28,851 bases of DNA from a virus (IMGVR_UViG_3300042860_003264:1-28851), one strand, 5' to 3'; positions 1 through 8,967 are shown, counted from the stretch's first letter. Notes: generated by a model not told the origin, from the letters alone. Translations and numbers: made by a program.

Positions 1-408
1 GAGGAATTGAGGGCCTTTTGCGTCGACGAAAAGATAATCGACAACGTGCTAGCCAAGGAATCGATTCTAAAAATCGACGATACGTTTACCGTTCCGCTTC
101 GGGCGTTTAAGGCTAGGCAAACGGTTGAAGGGGTCGAGATTGAATTCGTTCGAGGCACCCCGGCAATGGTATTCGACGGGGCTTTCGGGCCGAAGATCGC
201 CAAGCTAGGCAGGAACATTTACAAGCGGCTCGGACGGGCTCGATTTCCAATCCAGAAACTAAGAGACTTGCAAGCTACCAAGATCGAGGGCGTCAAAGAT
301 GCTTTTGATCGCGGGGCGGCTCAAGCTAAATCAATAATGGTTCGCAAGCTCAAAGAAGCCAAACAGGACGCAAACGACATACTCGGGAGAGACAAATATG
401 CTACTTAG
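1..408 (+). CDS. Tail completion protein, lambda gpZ-like (probably 5'-truncated by the window edge)
   Basis: Basic protein with C-terminal IYKRLGRARFPIQKL resembling gpZ-family ends; lies directly upstream of the tail tube gene. Confidence 0.55.
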   Translation, partial: EELRAFCVDEKIIDNVLAKESILKIDDTFTVPLRAFKARQTVEGVEIEFVRGTPAMVFDGAFGPKIAKLGRNIYKRLGRARFPIQKLRDLQATKIEGVKDAFDRGAAQAKSIMVRKLKEAKQDANDILGRDKYAT

Positions 409-1336
409 AAAAAAGACCGTTTTGGGTGCCAAGATTGAATCGACCGTAGGCACAGCCGAAACCATCGCGGCAGCCGATTGCACGGTCAATGCTTATGACC
501 TTATGATTAACCCGGAGTTTCCTTTTGAAGAAAGGCAAGGCCAAGGCGGATTCGGTCGCTTAACCTCGATTCCAGGGGCCAGAATTGGCCGGGCTACATT
601 CTCGGTTGATCTAGCTTATGACGGCTCGGCAGTTCCGGCATGGGCCAGCACTTTCCTGCCTGCTTGCGGCGTTGTGCTTTCAACGGCTACTTGGTTTCCT
701 AAAACCGAAGTTCCGGCATCGGGCAGCAGCGTAAAGACTCTCACCATTGCGGGGTTCTTCGATGGGGTGCGGCGGCGTATTTACGGGGCTGTCGGCAATG
801 CCCGGTTCGTCCTGCCGACCGGGCGAATGGGCCGGGTTGAATTTGATTTCCAAGGGGTCTACGACGACGAAGCAGACGCGGCAATCCCATCTTCGATCAA
901 CTACGTCAACACGCTACCGCTTCGTGTTGCAGGCGGTGCAACGTCTTGGGCGTCGACGAATATCTGCCTTGAATCGGCAACGATCGATCTAGGCAACGTG
1001 ATTACCGCTCGGGAATGCTCGACCTCGGCGGCAGGCGTCGATAGCTTTGTTATCACGGATCGCAATCCGCGAATCACTGGCAATCCTGAATCCAAGTTGA
1101 TTGCCACTCAAAACCGATACAGCCAATTCCGCGACGGGACAGAGGCAAGCCTATCGTTTACTATCGCGGGACCAACAACCTCAACGCTTGTCTTCGCAAT
1201 GCCCAAGGCTCAGCTAGTAGCCAAGCCAATGGGTGAGCGGAACGGCATTATGACCGATCAACTCGAATGGCAAGCCAACAAAAACGTAGACGCTTCGGAT
1301 CAAGAATTCTCAATCGCTTTCAACCATGCAGCCTAG
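398..1336 (+). CDS. Major tail tube protein
   Basis: 312 aa, beta/Thr/Ala-rich, N-terminal LGAKIESTVG motif; position before the chaperone and tape measure genes; GGGAG RBS. Confidence 0.75.
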   Translation: MLLRKKTVLGAKIESTVGTAETIAAADCTVNAYDLMINPEFPFEERQGQGGFGRLTSIPGARIGRATFSVDLAYDGSAVPAWASTFLPACGVVLSTATWFPKTEVPASGSSVKTLTIAGFFDGVRRRIYGAVGNARFVLPTGRMGRVEFDFQGVYDDEADAAIPSSINYVNTLPLRVAGGATSWASTNICLESATIDLGNVITARECSTSAAGVDSFVITDRNPRITGNPESKLIATQNRYSQFRDGTEASLSFTIAGPTTSTLVFAMPKAQLVAKPMGERNGIMTDQLEWQANKNVDASDQEFSIAFNHAA

Positions 1337-1625
1337 TACATTTACAGACAAAATTGACGGGTGTGACATCGAGTTTACCTTGAATCGCCTGAAGTTCCGA
1401 AAGACCGAACAGGTCCTGGGGCTTATCAGCGACTTCAGGGAATCGACCGAACCAAAGAAACAGATGGCAGCAATCCGCGAAGCCGTCTCAATTTGCTTGG
1501 CCGGTTGGAGTCTCGACAAGCCCATAAGCGATTGGGATGAAGAAATTGAAGTTGCCGACGCGGTAAAGCTTGTTAGTTGCTGCCTACGCGGCAATTCGGC
1601 TAGCGAAGGTGATAAAAAAAAATAA
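1326..1625 (+). CDS. Tail assembly chaperone (G-like)
   Basis: 99 aa between tube and tape measure; ends GAT AAA AAA AAA TAA (slippery A9). Confidence 0.8.
   Translation: MQPSTFTDKIDGCDIEFTLNRLKFRKTEQVLGLISDFRESTEPKKQMAAIREAVSICLAGWSLDKPISDWDEEIEVADAVKLVSCCLRGNSASEGDKKK
1614..1622 (+). other. Programmed -1 ribosomal frameshift site (A AAA AAA)
   Basis: A9 run at 1614-1622; the -1 frame is open from 1622 (IRTAAFIRCGELCKSC...) into ORF 1712-1972. Confidence 0.8.
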
Positions 1626-1972
1626 GGACAGCCGCATTTATCCGATGCGGCGAACTATGCAAGTCTTGCACTCGAAACCAATGCAACAACAAGCCAAGCA
1701 ACGACCTCCCGTTGATGCTAGCTTGTCCAGGTTGCGACGAATCCGGGTGCGATGCTTGCGAGGGTCGAGGGTATTTTGAAATCAACGATTGCCCGAAGGA
1801 TTACGTAGGGCATCGAGTCAGTACAGCGGCTAACCTTGCGGCTTGGGTCTCGAAAGGGGTCTTGCCAGAGGCGGGCGGGATTTACGATCAAGACGCTTGG
1901 TTTGTTTCGGTGCAAAACGCACTCGAAGCCGACGTGAACCGAATCGAAGAGCAAAGGCGCAAAAATGGCTGA
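1622..1972 (+). CDS. Tail assembly chaperone T-like extension (GT fusion), Cys-rich
   Basis: -1 frame continuation; motifs CGELCKSC, CPGC, CDACEGRG; overlaps the tape measure start. Confidence 0.7.
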   Translation: MRTAAFIRCGELCKSCTRNQCNNKPSNDLPLMLACPGCDESGCDACEGRGYFEINDCPKDYVGHRVSTAANLAAWVSKGVLPEAGGIYDQDAWFVSVQNALEADVNRIEEQRRKNG

Positions 1973-3407
1973 CGTAGAGGTGACACTTGGAGCGAAAAAC
2001 GAAGCTTCGGCGGTGTTGCGTCAATTCTCGGCAGAAGTAACGCAAACGGCTCAGCAAGTCGAGTTTTCGATCCGTGGGCTAGCCCAATTGGCAGGCGTGA
2101 CGGCAGCGGTGATTGGAATCGTCGAAGCGGGGCGGGCCATTGTTGGCTTTGCATCGGCATCGGTCGCAGCGTTCGACGATTTGAACCGATCATCGATCAA
2201 GCTTGCCGAGACCGTCGCTCTAATCCCAGGGGCAGGCAAAGCGGCATCGGATGAGATGGTCAAAGTTGCCAATAGCCTTGAGCGAATGACCAACGTAGAT
2301 TCGGGACGCATCCAAGACCAAATGGCCCAGGCATTGCGGCGCGGTGCTGGTGTTGGCGATATCGAGGACATGGCCGAAGCGGCTCTTGGGTTATCGCGGG
2401 TGTTCGATCGAGACTTGTCCTCTGCGATGCGGATGGTTGAGGACGCAACAAAGGGCAACTTCGGGGCGTTCGAGGGGCTTATTCCCAATATCAACGAACT
2501 AGCCACAACCGAAGAACGGCTTGCGGCGGTTAGTGAATTGGCCACCAAGGGCTTGCTAAATAAGGCCGACTCGGCAAAGTCGGCGTTAGAAGCTAGCGAA
2601 GCCTTGAACGTGGCTACGAAAAACCTTTACGAGTCAACTGGGGCTTTGCTTGCACCCATCCGGGATGTTGTCTATCGAGGCTTTGCGGTGGCCTTCGAGT
2701 ACATTCAAGCCTCAATGATTCCGGCAATGGATGATTTTGAGCAACACGGAAAGCAGATGGCCGATTCTTCGCAGGAATCGGGATTGAGAATTGCCGAAGG
2801 TTTTGTAACCGGGTTCACGGCGGCAGAGATTGCGATATTCCGGTTTGAAGACGTTATGGAATCGGTTTCGGCGTCGATTCTGTTGAGCGTAAACCGCATC
2901 GCTAACGATTCTGTTTTTCGATTCCAGGAAATGGCGGTTCAAGCCTCTTGGTTAGTTGAAAATATCGGGGCCATTACGGCTGTTGTGGCGATGGGCAAGA
3001 CTACGTTTGCCGAAGCCTTTCAGGATATGCCATCGTTCGGCGAAAGGGTGATAACCGAAACAGAAAAGAGCTTGCAAGCAATCCTCGATGAATCGGTTGG
3101 CGGGCTTACCGAAGATTTTGACTCGAAGATCCGAGAGCGGCTAGCAGCATTGCAAGACGCAATGAAACTAGAAATTGGCATTGATTTGAAGCCAAGAGCC
3201 GGGGCGGCTAGTGCGTTGCAGGACCAGATTCGATCGCTAACTGCCTTTGAATCGCGGGTGCTTGTACGAGGCCAAACGGATAGCCCAATCGATAAGCTAA
3301 TCAAGAACACGGCAGAGGCTAGCAAGCTGCTTTCGAGCATCGACGGAACGCTAAAGAGCCCAACGGAAGCCCCGAAGGAACAATTCCAGCTACAGGAGAT
3401 CCGCTAG
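1965..3407 (+). CDS. Tape measure protein (short, 480 aa)
   Basis: Ala-rich helical protein, N-terminal V-E-V-T-L-G-A-K-N-E-A-S typical of TMPs; follows the G/GT chaperones. Confidence 0.8.
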   Translation: MADVEVTLGAKNEASAVLRQFSAEVTQTAQQVEFSIRGLAQLAGVTAAVIGIVEAGRAIVGFASASVAAFDDLNRSSIKLAETVALIPGAGKAASDEMVKVANSLERMTNVDSGRIQDQMAQALRRGAGVGDIEDMAEAALGLSRVFDRDLSSAMRMVEDATKGNFGAFEGLIPNINELATTEERLAAVSELATKGLLNKADSAKSALEASEALNVATKNLYESTGALLAPIRDVVYRGFAVAFEYIQASMIPAMDDFEQHGKQMADSSQESGLRIAEGFVTGFTAAEIAIFRFEDVMESVSASILLSVNRIANDSVFRFQEMAVQASWLVENIGAITAVVAMGKTTFAEAFQDMPSFGERVITETEKSLQAILDESVGGLTEDFDSKIRERLAALQDAMKLEIGIDLKPRAGAASALQDQIRSLTAFESRVLVRGQTDSPIDKLIKNTAEASKLLSSIDGTLKSPTEAPKEQFQLQEIR

Positions 3408-4361
3408 ATGCTCAACGATAAAATCTACAGCGTTGATCTTATGTGGTCCGGTCTCGGCGGCGATATTTCGATTACCGACAACTTCCGGCGGGCCGATGCG
3501 CGTTTACAAAAGGTCTATCAAGTATTTACAACCCCCGACGCAACCTTAAACGACGTTTTGCAAGCCCCCGGAATTCCTGCGGCTGGATCGTCATTCGGCA
3601 ACGGGTTCGATTTTGTGTTCGCAGTCCAGGCAAGCCCGAAAAGGCAAAGCCCGGTTTACTGGATCGTCACAGTACCCTATGAAGGCGAAGTATCCTTCGG
3701 CTCGGGCGGTCCACAGGGTAATCAAAACAACGGCGTACAAAGCCCATTGCTAGCCCCCGCGATTATTGATTTTGACGACGTAGAAGAGGAGCTAGAAATC
3801 GATGAGGATTTCGACGGCAATCCTCTGGTGACAGCCAACGGCGAACCCGTCAACGGCATTCGGCGTAAGTTTGCAGACCAAACCGTTACGATTCAAAAAA
3901 ACATGCTGACGTTCTCAAGCTACGTTCAGGGGAGATACCGTCATTCGGTCAACTCCGATACTTTCCTAACGTGGCCAGCGGGTACGGCGAAAATGCAAAA
4001 GCTCCGAGCCAAGGCGGTTGCCTCCCCCGAAACTCCCTTCGGCGGCTACTACCAAGTTACGGCTGTAATTCAATTCCGCTACCCCTACCGAACTACACCG
4101 GAAAAGGCGTGGCATTCGCGATCGCGCCATGAAGGGTACTATAAGCGGGTTGAACTACCAGGGCCTCCAGTCAACGGGGTTCAGCCTACGGCAATCGTCC
4201 GAGCAACCAGGGCAGGCGAACCAACAGCCAAGCCGGTGCTACTCGACGAAAAAGGATTTCAGCTACCCGACGTAGATCCTCCGGCGCAGCAAACAGCGTT
4301 TTGGCAGGAAAAAAAGCTTTACGAACCACTAAGTTACAACGCACTAGGACTATTACCATAA
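3408..4361 (+). CDS. Putative distal tail/hub protein
   Basis: 317 aa immediately after the TMP; beta-rich; positional inference. Confidence 0.5.
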   Translation: MLNDKIYSVDLMWSGLGGDISITDNFRRADARLQKVYQVFTTPDATLNDVLQAPGIPAAGSSFGNGFDFVFAVQASPKRQSPVYWIVTVPYEGEVSFGSGGPQGNQNNGVQSPLLAPAIIDFDDVEEELEIDEDFDGNPLVTANGEPVNGIRRKFADQTVTIQKNMLTFSSYVQGRYRHSVNSDTFLTWPAGTAKMQKLRAKAVASPETPFGGYYQVTAVIQFRYPYRTTPEKAWHSRSRHEGYYKRVELPGPPVNGVQPTAIVRATRAGEPTAKPVLLDEKGFQLPDVDPPAQQTAFWQEKKLYEPLSYNALGLLP

Positions 4362-4371
4362 GGCCAACAAA

Positions 4372-5001
4372 ATGAGCACAATTCAAAGCGTCATTCTCCA
4401 GATTCCCGATCGATCACTGACCAACAACGACATTGCAGGCAATGCGAATATCGAACCATCGAAGCTAGGGCAAAAAGTCTTAGCCGAATATGTGGTCCCT
4501 GTTGAAGCCTTTAAGACGCATGACGCAGTGGCAAGCAATCTGCCCGCAGCGGCAGCTAGCGACGATCTAGGGCTAGTCTCAGGCACTTGGTTGACGAATC
4601 CGGCGAGGATCACGGCGGGCGATTGCAAAAACCTAGGGGCCACAACGCGGAGGGCCTATTTTTCAATTCCGATACCGCCGAATTATGACGACGGAGAAAC
4701 AATTCAAGTCCGAATCCGGGCAGCGATGGAAACTACCTTGGCGTCGACCTCTTGCACGATCGATCTAGAGGCCGTGGTTGGGTCAAGCGGAACGCCCACA
4801 GCGGATTTGGTAACTTCGGCGGCTCAGTCGATGAATAGCCTCACAGCTGCTGATTTTGACTTCATGCTAAACTCGGCTAGCGTAAACCCAGGGCAGTTGC
4901 TTGAGTGTCGCTTGTCGATTTCGTGCAATGACACCGCGACAGCTACGGCGGTGACTCCAGCGATCTACAAAGTGTCCCTACTCGCAGATACCAGGGGCTA
5001 A
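4372..5001 (+). CDS. Putative virion structural protein (tail tip)
   Basis: 209 aa, Ala/Thr/Ser-rich, within the tail operon. Confidence 0.45.
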   Translation: MSTIQSVILQIPDRSLTNNDIAGNANIEPSKLGQKVLAEYVVPVEAFKTHDAVASNLPAAAASDDLGLVSGTWLTNPARITAGDCKNLGATTRRAYFSIPIPPNYDDGETIQVRIRAAMETTLASTSCTIDLEAVVGSSGTPTADLVTSAAQSMNSLTAADFDFMLNSASVNPGQLLECRLSISCNDTATATAVTPAIYKVSLLADTRG

Positions 5002-5003
5002 GC

Positions 5004-5687
5004 GTGGCTCAAAAGGATATCGGGTACTACAGTCCAACCCTTGCGAAACGGATTCGCGATAATTCGTTCGCTTGGGAACGCGAAAGGGCGGCAAAGCCGA
5101 TCGAGATTCGGCAATCGACCCCTGACCCGATTTACTTTTACAACGCATCGACCGAAACGATACCGGCTTACGGTTGCATCCAAAAAGTCGGCATGGAAAC
5201 CATCGATGGGCAGTCGGTCCTCAAAGTCGACAGGCCGATCGATTACACCGCTTCGGTGATGGGTCCGTTTTTGCTCAATGGGCCAGCGGAGGTAGCGGCA
5301 AACGGGCTCGGCACGGCTCAATGGGGGCCGATCTACCGTGCAAAGAAAGACTCAGCGACCTACTCGACCGGTACGCGAATGGGGCCGGTTGAATCGTCGT
5401 TCGACCTGTCAAAAGGGTGCCTTTTTTCTTACATCGGTGACGACGAGCAAGGGGACGATCTGATTAAGGTGATTGCTTGCGAGACGCCATTGCTTGCGGT
5501 GGCAGGTTCGGGTATCGGTGCGAATACGAGCGGGACCGTGACAGCTAAGCAACCCGCGAGCGGCAATTGGACGGCAGGGACAGTAACCTATACGGCATGG
5601 AATCCTACAGGCGTGGCGATCGCTTCGGCGGCTAGCGTCCTGCTGTTTCCGGTCGATGCCAAGTGGCTTGCAGTGGAGTTGTGCTAA
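5004..5687 (+). CDS. Putative tail-tip/baseplate protein ending in a terminal Cys
   Basis: 227 aa, GTG start, Gly/Ala/Thr-rich C-terminus ending WLAVELC. Confidence 0.45.
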   Translation: MAQKDIGYYSPTLAKRIRDNSFAWERERAAKPIEIRQSTPDPIYFYNASTETIPAYGCIQKVGMETIDGQSVLKVDRPIDYTASVMGPFLLNGPAEVAANGLGTAQWGPIYRAKKDSATYSTGTRMGPVESSFDLSKGCLFSYIGDDEQGDDLIKVIACETPLLAVAGSGIGANTSGTVTAKQPASGNWTAGTVTYTAWNPTGVAIASAASVLLFPVDAKWLAVELC

Positions 5688-7121
5688 ATGGGCGGTGTAG
5701 GTCGATGCTGTTGCACTTGCGAATGCTTGGCGGTCGAGGATTTGCCGACCGTTACGATCAGCGGCTACACCGGCGGCGGTTGGACCGGCAATTGTTGCTA
5801 TGAACAGACTTTCACGCCGAACGCTACGCCGAGTTGGTCGAAAAGTTGCAGTTCTTTACTTTACGAAGGCTCAGTACTCCAAGAATGCACAACGCTTCAC
5901 ACAAGGCAGGGCAGAGGCAGCTATCGCGGCTTTGAGTATGGACCCTTGGGCGGCGATTGTAGCGACGTTCCAGAGGACTACTGTTGCGGTGGCAGCTACT
6001 CCCCAATAGCCGAAACCCAAAGCACGGCGGCATATACCGACAATGCTTTTATGGCGGTTTGGCGCAGGCCAAAAAACATCATCGTTCGGATTAGCCAAGA
6101 GGAAGTTGACTGCGAAGGCGTTGAGGGTCAAACCGGCGGGTGTAAAATCGTTATCCGGTCTCGATTCAACTACGAATACGAAACGGCGATCTATCAAAAC
6201 GGCTTAACCAGCGGATCGCAAACGGTGACGATGCTCAATACCGACTGCTTTGAGGTAAACCCGGATTACGAAATAACGATAGGGGCGGGCAGTCCGATCA
6301 CTTGCAGCGACGTACCAGCCGACCCACCGCCTTTTAGCGGCTCGAGTTTATGCCGAAACTCAGGCGTGTTCGGCTTTGATCGAGTTCGATACTATGACGA
6401 AATGCCGACCGGGGCGATACAATTTACAAATGCCGAAGTCCCTGGTTGCCAAGCTAGCTCCTGCAATTACGAACCGTACAACTACGCAAGCTCGGTTTGC
6501 GTTAACTCACCATCTAGCCCATCTGCCCTTACGGGGTGCTTTTTCAACGAGCCTTGCTACTGTACCGATGAGGTGACTTCGGGCGGGCCTATCATCGAGT
6601 CCGAAGCGGAAAACTGCTTTAATGACGGGCTAGGGGTAGAGCCAAACGTGACGGATATCGACGGATGTTTTGACGACCCTTGCATCCCGGCGGTATCTTG
6701 CACGACGAATTTAACGATATGCGCGACCCCTGAATATGAATGCCCAGGCACGGCGTTTTCGGTGAACTGCCTAGACTTCCAGATTAACCCAGAGAATGAA
6801 GCGACTTGCTTCAGGCCCGGCGTAGGATTTCCTTTTGGGGGTTTCTTGGCTTGCGGTTGCGCGATCAGCGTAGGCGGTGCGGGCGAAACAGAGCCTCCTT
6901 ATTTTGATACATCGGATTGCTTTATTGGCAATTGCAACCAGGATTGCTGCGATTTTCTCGACGATTGCGAATGTTGCCTGCCCGATGGCCGATGCTTGCC
7001 TAAGTTCGGCAAAAAATGGAATCAAACAGTTACAGCCCACACTCGAACCCAGACGTGCTCGGGTTTTTCAAGTCAATCAGTCTGTACAGGTGCTCCATCG
7101 TGGACAATCAATCTAGCCTAA
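5688..7121 (+). CDS. Cysteine-rich putative tail fibre/receptor-binding protein
   Basis: 477 aa with about 43 Cys by hand count (~9%), starts MGGVGRCCCTCEC, no signal peptide, last gene of the tail block. Confidence 0.6.
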   Translation: MGGVGRCCCTCECLAVEDLPTVTISGYTGGGWTGNCCYEQTFTPNATPSWSKSCSSLLYEGSVLQECTTLHTRQGRGSYRGFEYGPLGGDCSDVPEDYCCGGSYSPIAETQSTAAYTDNAFMAVWRRPKNIIVRISQEEVDCEGVEGQTGGCKIVIRSRFNYEYETAIYQNGLTSGSQTVTMLNTDCFEVNPDYEITIGAGSPITCSDVPADPPPFSGSSLCRNSGVFGFDRVRYYDEMPTGAIQFTNAEVPGCQASSCNYEPYNYASSVCVNSPSSPSALTGCFFNEPCYCTDEVTSGGPIIESEAENCFNDGLGVEPNVTDIDGCFDDPCIPAVSCTTNLTICATPEYECPGTAFSVNCLDFQINPENEATCFRPGVGFPFGGFLACGCAISVGGAGETEPPYFDTSDCFIGNCNQDCCDFLDDCECCLPDGRCLPKFGKKWNQTVTAHTRTQTCSGFSSQSVCTGAPSWTINLA

Positions 7122-7129
7122 ATATCAAC

Positions 7130-7561
7130 ATGGATGGAACGCCGTTTACCCCAGGGGCTGCGCCACAACCCAGGACGTTCACGATCACGATGCAGGGCGA
7201 CCCACCGCCGACGATCAGCCAAGAGCAAGTCAACGCAAAGCGGATCGAGCGAACAATCAAACAAGGCCAATTCGCTTGGGCCAAGCTCCATTCCTATCGC
7301 GGTTGCGATCCTCAATGGCTCGATATCTGGCAGTACCTCATTCCCCAGCGGTGCGATTGCAAAGACGGCTACCAGCGGATCCTTGCCGAGATCCCCCCCG
7401 ACTTCACCTCCCCCGAAGCATTTTTTGCATGGGGTGTTGCACTTCATAACGCCGTCAACGCGAAGCTTGGCAAGCCCGAAATCACGATCGACGAAGCCTA
7501 CTCTATTTGGAGGAAATCAGATGGGGTCACCACCGAAAACAGCGGGACGAATCTACCTTGA
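7130..7561 (+). CDS. Erv1/ALR-family FAD-dependent sulfhydryl oxidase-like protein
   Basis: AWAKLH ... IPQRCDC ... FFAWGVALHNAVNAKLGKP matches the Erv signature WxxLH / PCxxC / WxxxxHNxVNxxLGK; start ATG 7130 or GTG 7100 (ORF track starts at 7016). Confidence 0.8.
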   Translation: MDGTPFTPGAAPQPRTFTITMQGDPPPTISQEQVNAKRIERTIKQGQFAWAKLHSYRGCDPQWLDIWQYLIPQRCDCKDGYQRILAEIPPDFTSPEAFFAWGVALHNAVNAKLGKPEITIDEAYSIWRKSDGVTTENSGTNLP

Positions 7562-8522
7562 GGAACTTTGCAAAAAGTTCCCTGATGCGCCGAACATTGG
7601 GCTAGCTAAGCGGGCCAAGCAGGAAAGGCCAGAGGCGTTTGCGACGGTCGACACCGCAAGGAGCATGATTCGCAACATTCGCGGAGCTATGGGAAAAAAG
7701 AATCGCAATCAAGCGACCCAGCTAAGGCCAAAGGGTAAAGCAGGCCAAGCCCCAAAGATGCCCCCGTCGTTAGCGGAACCCTGGGTTCCGATCGAGCTCG
7801 ACTGCAAGCGATGCGGGATAATCTCGGACGTTCATATTCCCTATCACAGCGAAGTGGCTTTCGAGGCGGCGGTCCAGTCCCTTAAGAAATCTAAGATCGA
7901 CACGCTACTAATCAACGGGGACTTTGCAGACTTTTACCAAGTCTCCAGGCACCAGCGAGACCCCAACCATCGAAAGCTATCGACCGAATTGAAGCTGGTA
8001 ATTGAGGGGCTTGAGTGGTTGCGATCGGAATTCCCAAAGCAAAAAATCATCTACAAAATGGGCAATCACGAGGAGCGCTGGGACCATTTTATCTGGAATC
8101 GCGCTCCTGAGATTTACGACCTAGCCAATGTTCGACTCGATGAGCTATTGCAGCTCAAGCGGCTTAAAATTGAAATGGTCGGAGACAATCCGATTATGCT
8201 CGGCAAGCTTCCGGTGCTTCACGGTCACGAATTAGGCAAGTCGATTTTCAGTCCGGTCAATCCGGCTAGAGGGGCATTTCTTCGGACCCATCATAGGGTT
8301 TTGGTCAGCCATAGCCACCAAACATCGAATCACACGGATACCGATATGTTTCATTCTATGACCCCTACTTGGTCAATGGGGTGCCTTTGCGATATGACGC
8401 CGAAGTACGCAAGGGTAAATCGATGGAATCACGGTTTCGCGATGGTCGACGTTTCCAGCGATGGCAATTTCAACGTAAGCAACTACCGCATCAATCGACG
8501 CGGGGAAGTGTGGAGCGCGTAG
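7521..8522 (+). CDS. Calcineurin-like metallophosphoesterase with N-terminal helical extension
   Basis: SDVH, NGDFAD, GNHEER, HGHE, SHSH motifs; true start ATG 7521 after GGAGG. Confidence 0.85.
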   Translation: MGSPPKTAGRIYLEELCKKFPDAPNIGLAKRAKQERPEAFATVDTARSMIRNIRGAMGKKNRNQATQLRPKGKAGQAPKMPPSLAEPWVPIELDCKRCGIISDVHIPYHSEVAFEAAVQSLKKSKIDTLLINGDFADFYQVSRHQRDPNHRKLSTELKLVIEGLEWLRSEFPKQKIIYKMGNHEERWDHFIWNRAPEIYDLANVRLDELLQLKRLKIEMVGDNPIMLGKLPVLHGHELGKSIFSPVNPARGAFLRTHHRVLVSHSHQTSNHTDTDMFHSMTPTWSMGCLCDMTPKYARVNRWNHGFAMVDVSSDGNFNVSNYRINRRGEVWSA

Positions 8523-8785
8523 TGAAAGCCATTATCCGCAAGCAAACCTGGACGATTCGCGACGACACTAGGCCCGATGAATTTGGCTATTGCGACCTTG
8601 AAGGCGATCGGGGCCAGCCTAGGACGATCGGCATCCGATCAGGGCTCGATGAAGGGCAAGACCTCGATACAACGCTCCACGAATGCCTTCACGCAGCGAT
8701 GCCCGACTTGTCGGAGGATGCGGTGACGGAAATAGCTAGCGACCTAGCCAGGGTGCTTTTGGCTAGAGGTTTCGGGCGATCCTAG
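8522..8785 (+). CDS. Small HExxH zinc-metallopeptidase-like protein
   Basis: GTG start overlapping the previous stop; GYC...TIGI...DTTLHECLHA...E motif. Confidence 0.65.
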   Translation: MKAIIRKQTWTIRDDTRPDEFGYCDLEGDRGQPRTIGIRSGLDEGQDLDTTLHECLHAAMPDLSEDAVTEIASDLARVLLARGFGRS

Positions 8786-8882
8786 CCACCTAGCCAAAAA
8801 AACCACAATCTTTTTTCCCTGCGTTTTCGTTGGCGAAACGTATGTTTTGGGAAAAACTTCGATATCTTTTTGGATAAAGGTG

Positions 8883-8912
8883 TTGATCTTTGTTTGGTGG
8901 GTCGATTAAGAT
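8883..8912 (+). promoter_or_regulatory. Sigma70-like early promoter, copy 1
   Basis: TTGATC-18bp-TAAGAT with an A/T-tract upstream; duplicated at 9255. Confidence 0.6.
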
Positions 8913-8967
8913 ACACACGTCGGAAGCAAACGAGACTGACGACGCAACGCAAACCAGGAATGAAAAG

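Noticed and set aside
1570-1779. +1-frame ORF across the slippery site
   Set aside because: The -1 frame gives the canonical G/GT arrangement and runs up to the tape measure gene
7016-7099. Upstream extension of the Erv ORF
   Set aside because: Overlaps the Cys-rich gene by over 100 nt; GTG 7100 or ATG 7130 is more plausible
5688-7121. Diversity-generating retroelement target or stop-codon recoding
   Set aside because: No reverse transcriptase or TR/VR repeat pair seen; genes read normally in code 11 with TAG, TGA and TAA all used as stops
7134-7520. N-terminal 129 aa of the 462-aa ORF in the track
   Set aside because: Shadow of the Erv gene in another frame; the phosphoesterase has a GGAGG RBS and ATG at 7521
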